From Promethearchaeota archaeon (lineage in GTDB: Archaea > Asgardarchaeota > Lokiarchaeia > Sigyniarchaeales > SOKP01), in NCBI GenBank assembly GCA_016839555.1, contig JAEOUA010000002.1, forward strand, positions 26,369-90,368: DNA of 64,000 bases. Reading direction: 5' to 3'. The notes under the pieces are model-generated. The model saw only the letters and a program-made list of their open reading frames with translations, was not told the DNA's origin and ran no database searches. A program made the translations under genes and the position numbers. Positions within the stretch are counted from its first letter, which is position 1, and the number at the start of each line of letters is the position of its first letter. Below are positions 62,599 through 64,000 of the stretch, one piece after another.

Positions 62599-63898
62599 CT
62601 CTAGATTTTAATGTTTCTGGCACTCGTAAGAAAAAGGGAATACTAAAAATTAATATTAACCCAGTTAAAAAAAAAACAGCCAATATTCCAAACGTATCTG
62701 CTAAATAGCCGGCAATAAGGACACTTGGTGCTCTTGCAATTGCATTTCCAATGTTTATTATTCCCAAAAATCTTCCTCGCGATTCTTCAGGAAGTAAATC
62801 TAACGTCCATGCATCTGTTGCTAACCATAATCCTATGTTAAAAGGCATCATTATCCCAAAACCTATTAATAAAAATTGGTAATTGAAACCAAAAAATGTA
62901 ATAATAAAGCAACCAATGGGGGAAATTATCAAACAAATTAAAGCAACTTTTCTCCTCCCTATTGTATCCACGAATTTTCCCAGAAGAAATATCCCTAACC
63001 CAATGGCACTTCCAATAATAGGCAAAAATATTAAAATTTCTATGAGACTTAACGAGATTTCCTGGAGTAAAATTAATAAAAACGGAGTAAAAGCATACTG
63101 ACTCATTATTAGAAATAACATCGCAACAAATAAGCGTAAGAAATCTTTATGTTGCATCATTTCTCTACGATTTAGCAATTTCTTAAGATCATGAAGCCAG
63201 TTACTCGGAGGTGTATTCACCTTAGGTTCTTTCATTAATAAAGTTACAAGAATCGCTACAATGATTAATAATAAAGCTCCTCCTCCAATAAAGAAAGAAT
63301 GAATTCCTCTCGAATAAGTTTCCGTCCCTTCAGGTAAAAGAATTATAGCAGGTATCCAAACTGTCATGGACCCTAAATTGGTAAATATAAACAAAATCGA
63401 ATTAACTCGCCCTCTTTTTTCTTTTGGGATTAAATCCCCAATTAAAGATTTGTTTGAAACATGAAACATATTTGAAGTACCTGCTAATAACAACCCTCCA
63501 ATAACTAATAAAAGTAAAAAATTTGTGGTTGAGATATAGAATATCATTAACCCCGCTGTTGATATCATACCAATCAAAATTATAGGGATCCGCCGTCCAA
63601 GCTTTGTTCGTAAATTATCAGAAATTGCTCCCCACGCCAAATAGAATATAGTTCCGAAAATTCCGGCTAATGCCACCATGATGGAAATACTAAAAAGACT
63701 TAAATCTGCTATAACATGTGCGAAAGAAGGAAACCATTTCCCTTCAATCTCTGAATAGAGAGTTGTCCCAAAAGCTAAAAGACACAAAGCTAGTAACCAA
63801 GCTTTACGAATTTTTAACTTATTTTTCTTTTTTGAATTTTTATCTAAAGAATCAAAATTATTATTTACTTTTTTTTTATTTTTTTTTTCTGTTGTCAC
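62582..63898 (-). CDS. MFS sugar transporter
   Basis: SDNLRTKLGRR, VDTIGRRK, LLPEESRGRF; about 12 TM; overlaps the GH4 start. Confidence 0.88.
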   Translation of the reverse strand: MTTEKKNKKKVNNNFDSLDKNSKKKNKLKIRKAWLLALCLLAFGTTLYSEIEGKWFPSFAHVIADLSLFSISIMVALAGIFGTIFYLAWGAISDNLRTKLGRRIPIILIGMISTAGLMIFYISTTNFLLLLVIGGLLLAGTSNMFHVSNKSLIGDLIPKEKRGRVNSILFIFTNLGSMTVWIPAIILLPEGTETYSRGIHSFFIGGGALLLIIVAILVTLLMKEPKVNTPPSNWLHDLKKLLNRREMMQHKDFLRLFVAMLFLIMSQYAFTPFLLILLQEISLSLIEILIFLPIIGSAIGLGIFLLGKFVDTIGRRKVALICLIISPIGCFIITFFGFNYQFLLIGFGIMMPFNIGLWLATDAWTLDLLPEESRGRFLGIINIGNAIARAPSVLIAGYLADTFGILAVFFLTGLILIFSIPFFLRVPETLKSRDDRSD

Positions 63899-63982
63899 TA
63901 ATCATATATTGTCAGTAAATCAGTAATTAATTTTTGTCACTTTTTGTCATAAAATCTCAATTTTTCAGTTGATATTTTGTCA
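63892..63982. repeat. Five TTGTCA direct repeats upstream of the MFS-GH4 operon
   Basis: Copies at 63892, 63909, 63934, 63944, 63977; TTTTTGTCA tandem with 10-nt period. Confidence 0.55.
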
Positions 63983-64000
63983 ATATTATTTTGATTAATA

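Noticed and set aside
836-63918. Many short ORF-track entries overlapping long genes (e.g. 836-1111, 5349-5762, 11265-11840, 12192-12692, 24449-24832, 40815-41081)
   Set aside because: Antisense or alternate-frame shadows of well-supported genes, with no recognisable motifs

Overview
Very AT-rich, gene-dense archaeal DNA. The gene content points to an Asgard archaeon, most likely Lokiarchaeia/Promethearchaeota: a group II chaperonin, an archaeal thioredoxin, a PIMT, an Arf/Rag-like GTPase fused to a roadblock-like tail, RING domains, LRR and SCP2 proteins, GPH transporters and MtrH-like proteins. This placement is an inference. The window holds about 55 CDS, mostly heterotrophic catabolism: acyl-CoA enzymes, sulfatases, GH57 with a maltokinase, and uxuA/uxuB with a GH4. 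I found no rRNA, tRNA, CRISPR array or intact mobile element. Main leads: (1) A complete corrinoid-dependent demethylation locus at 29.8-40.9 kb with a RACo activator, non-pyrrolysine MttB, a corrinoid protein and two MtrH/MtgA-like acceptors. It is interleaved with two SCP2 lipid carriers and a thermosome paralog lacking both catalytic aspartates. (2) A eukaryote-signature neighbourhood at 49.9-56 kb with a SNAP/TPR-like protein, a vWA-RING-RING protein with TFIIH p44/Ssl1-like architecture, and an HhH-GTPase-roadblock fusion. (3) A GH4 with a CHE-type motif linked to the mannonate pathway. (4) Several gene relics missing from the ORF track (GH4, kal, SDR, TIM barrel, N6-methylase), an in-frame nonsense codon in a U32 gene, probable ATT/ATC start codons, and two tandem paralogous micro-proteins. 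All family calls come from motif recognition by eye; no searches were run.
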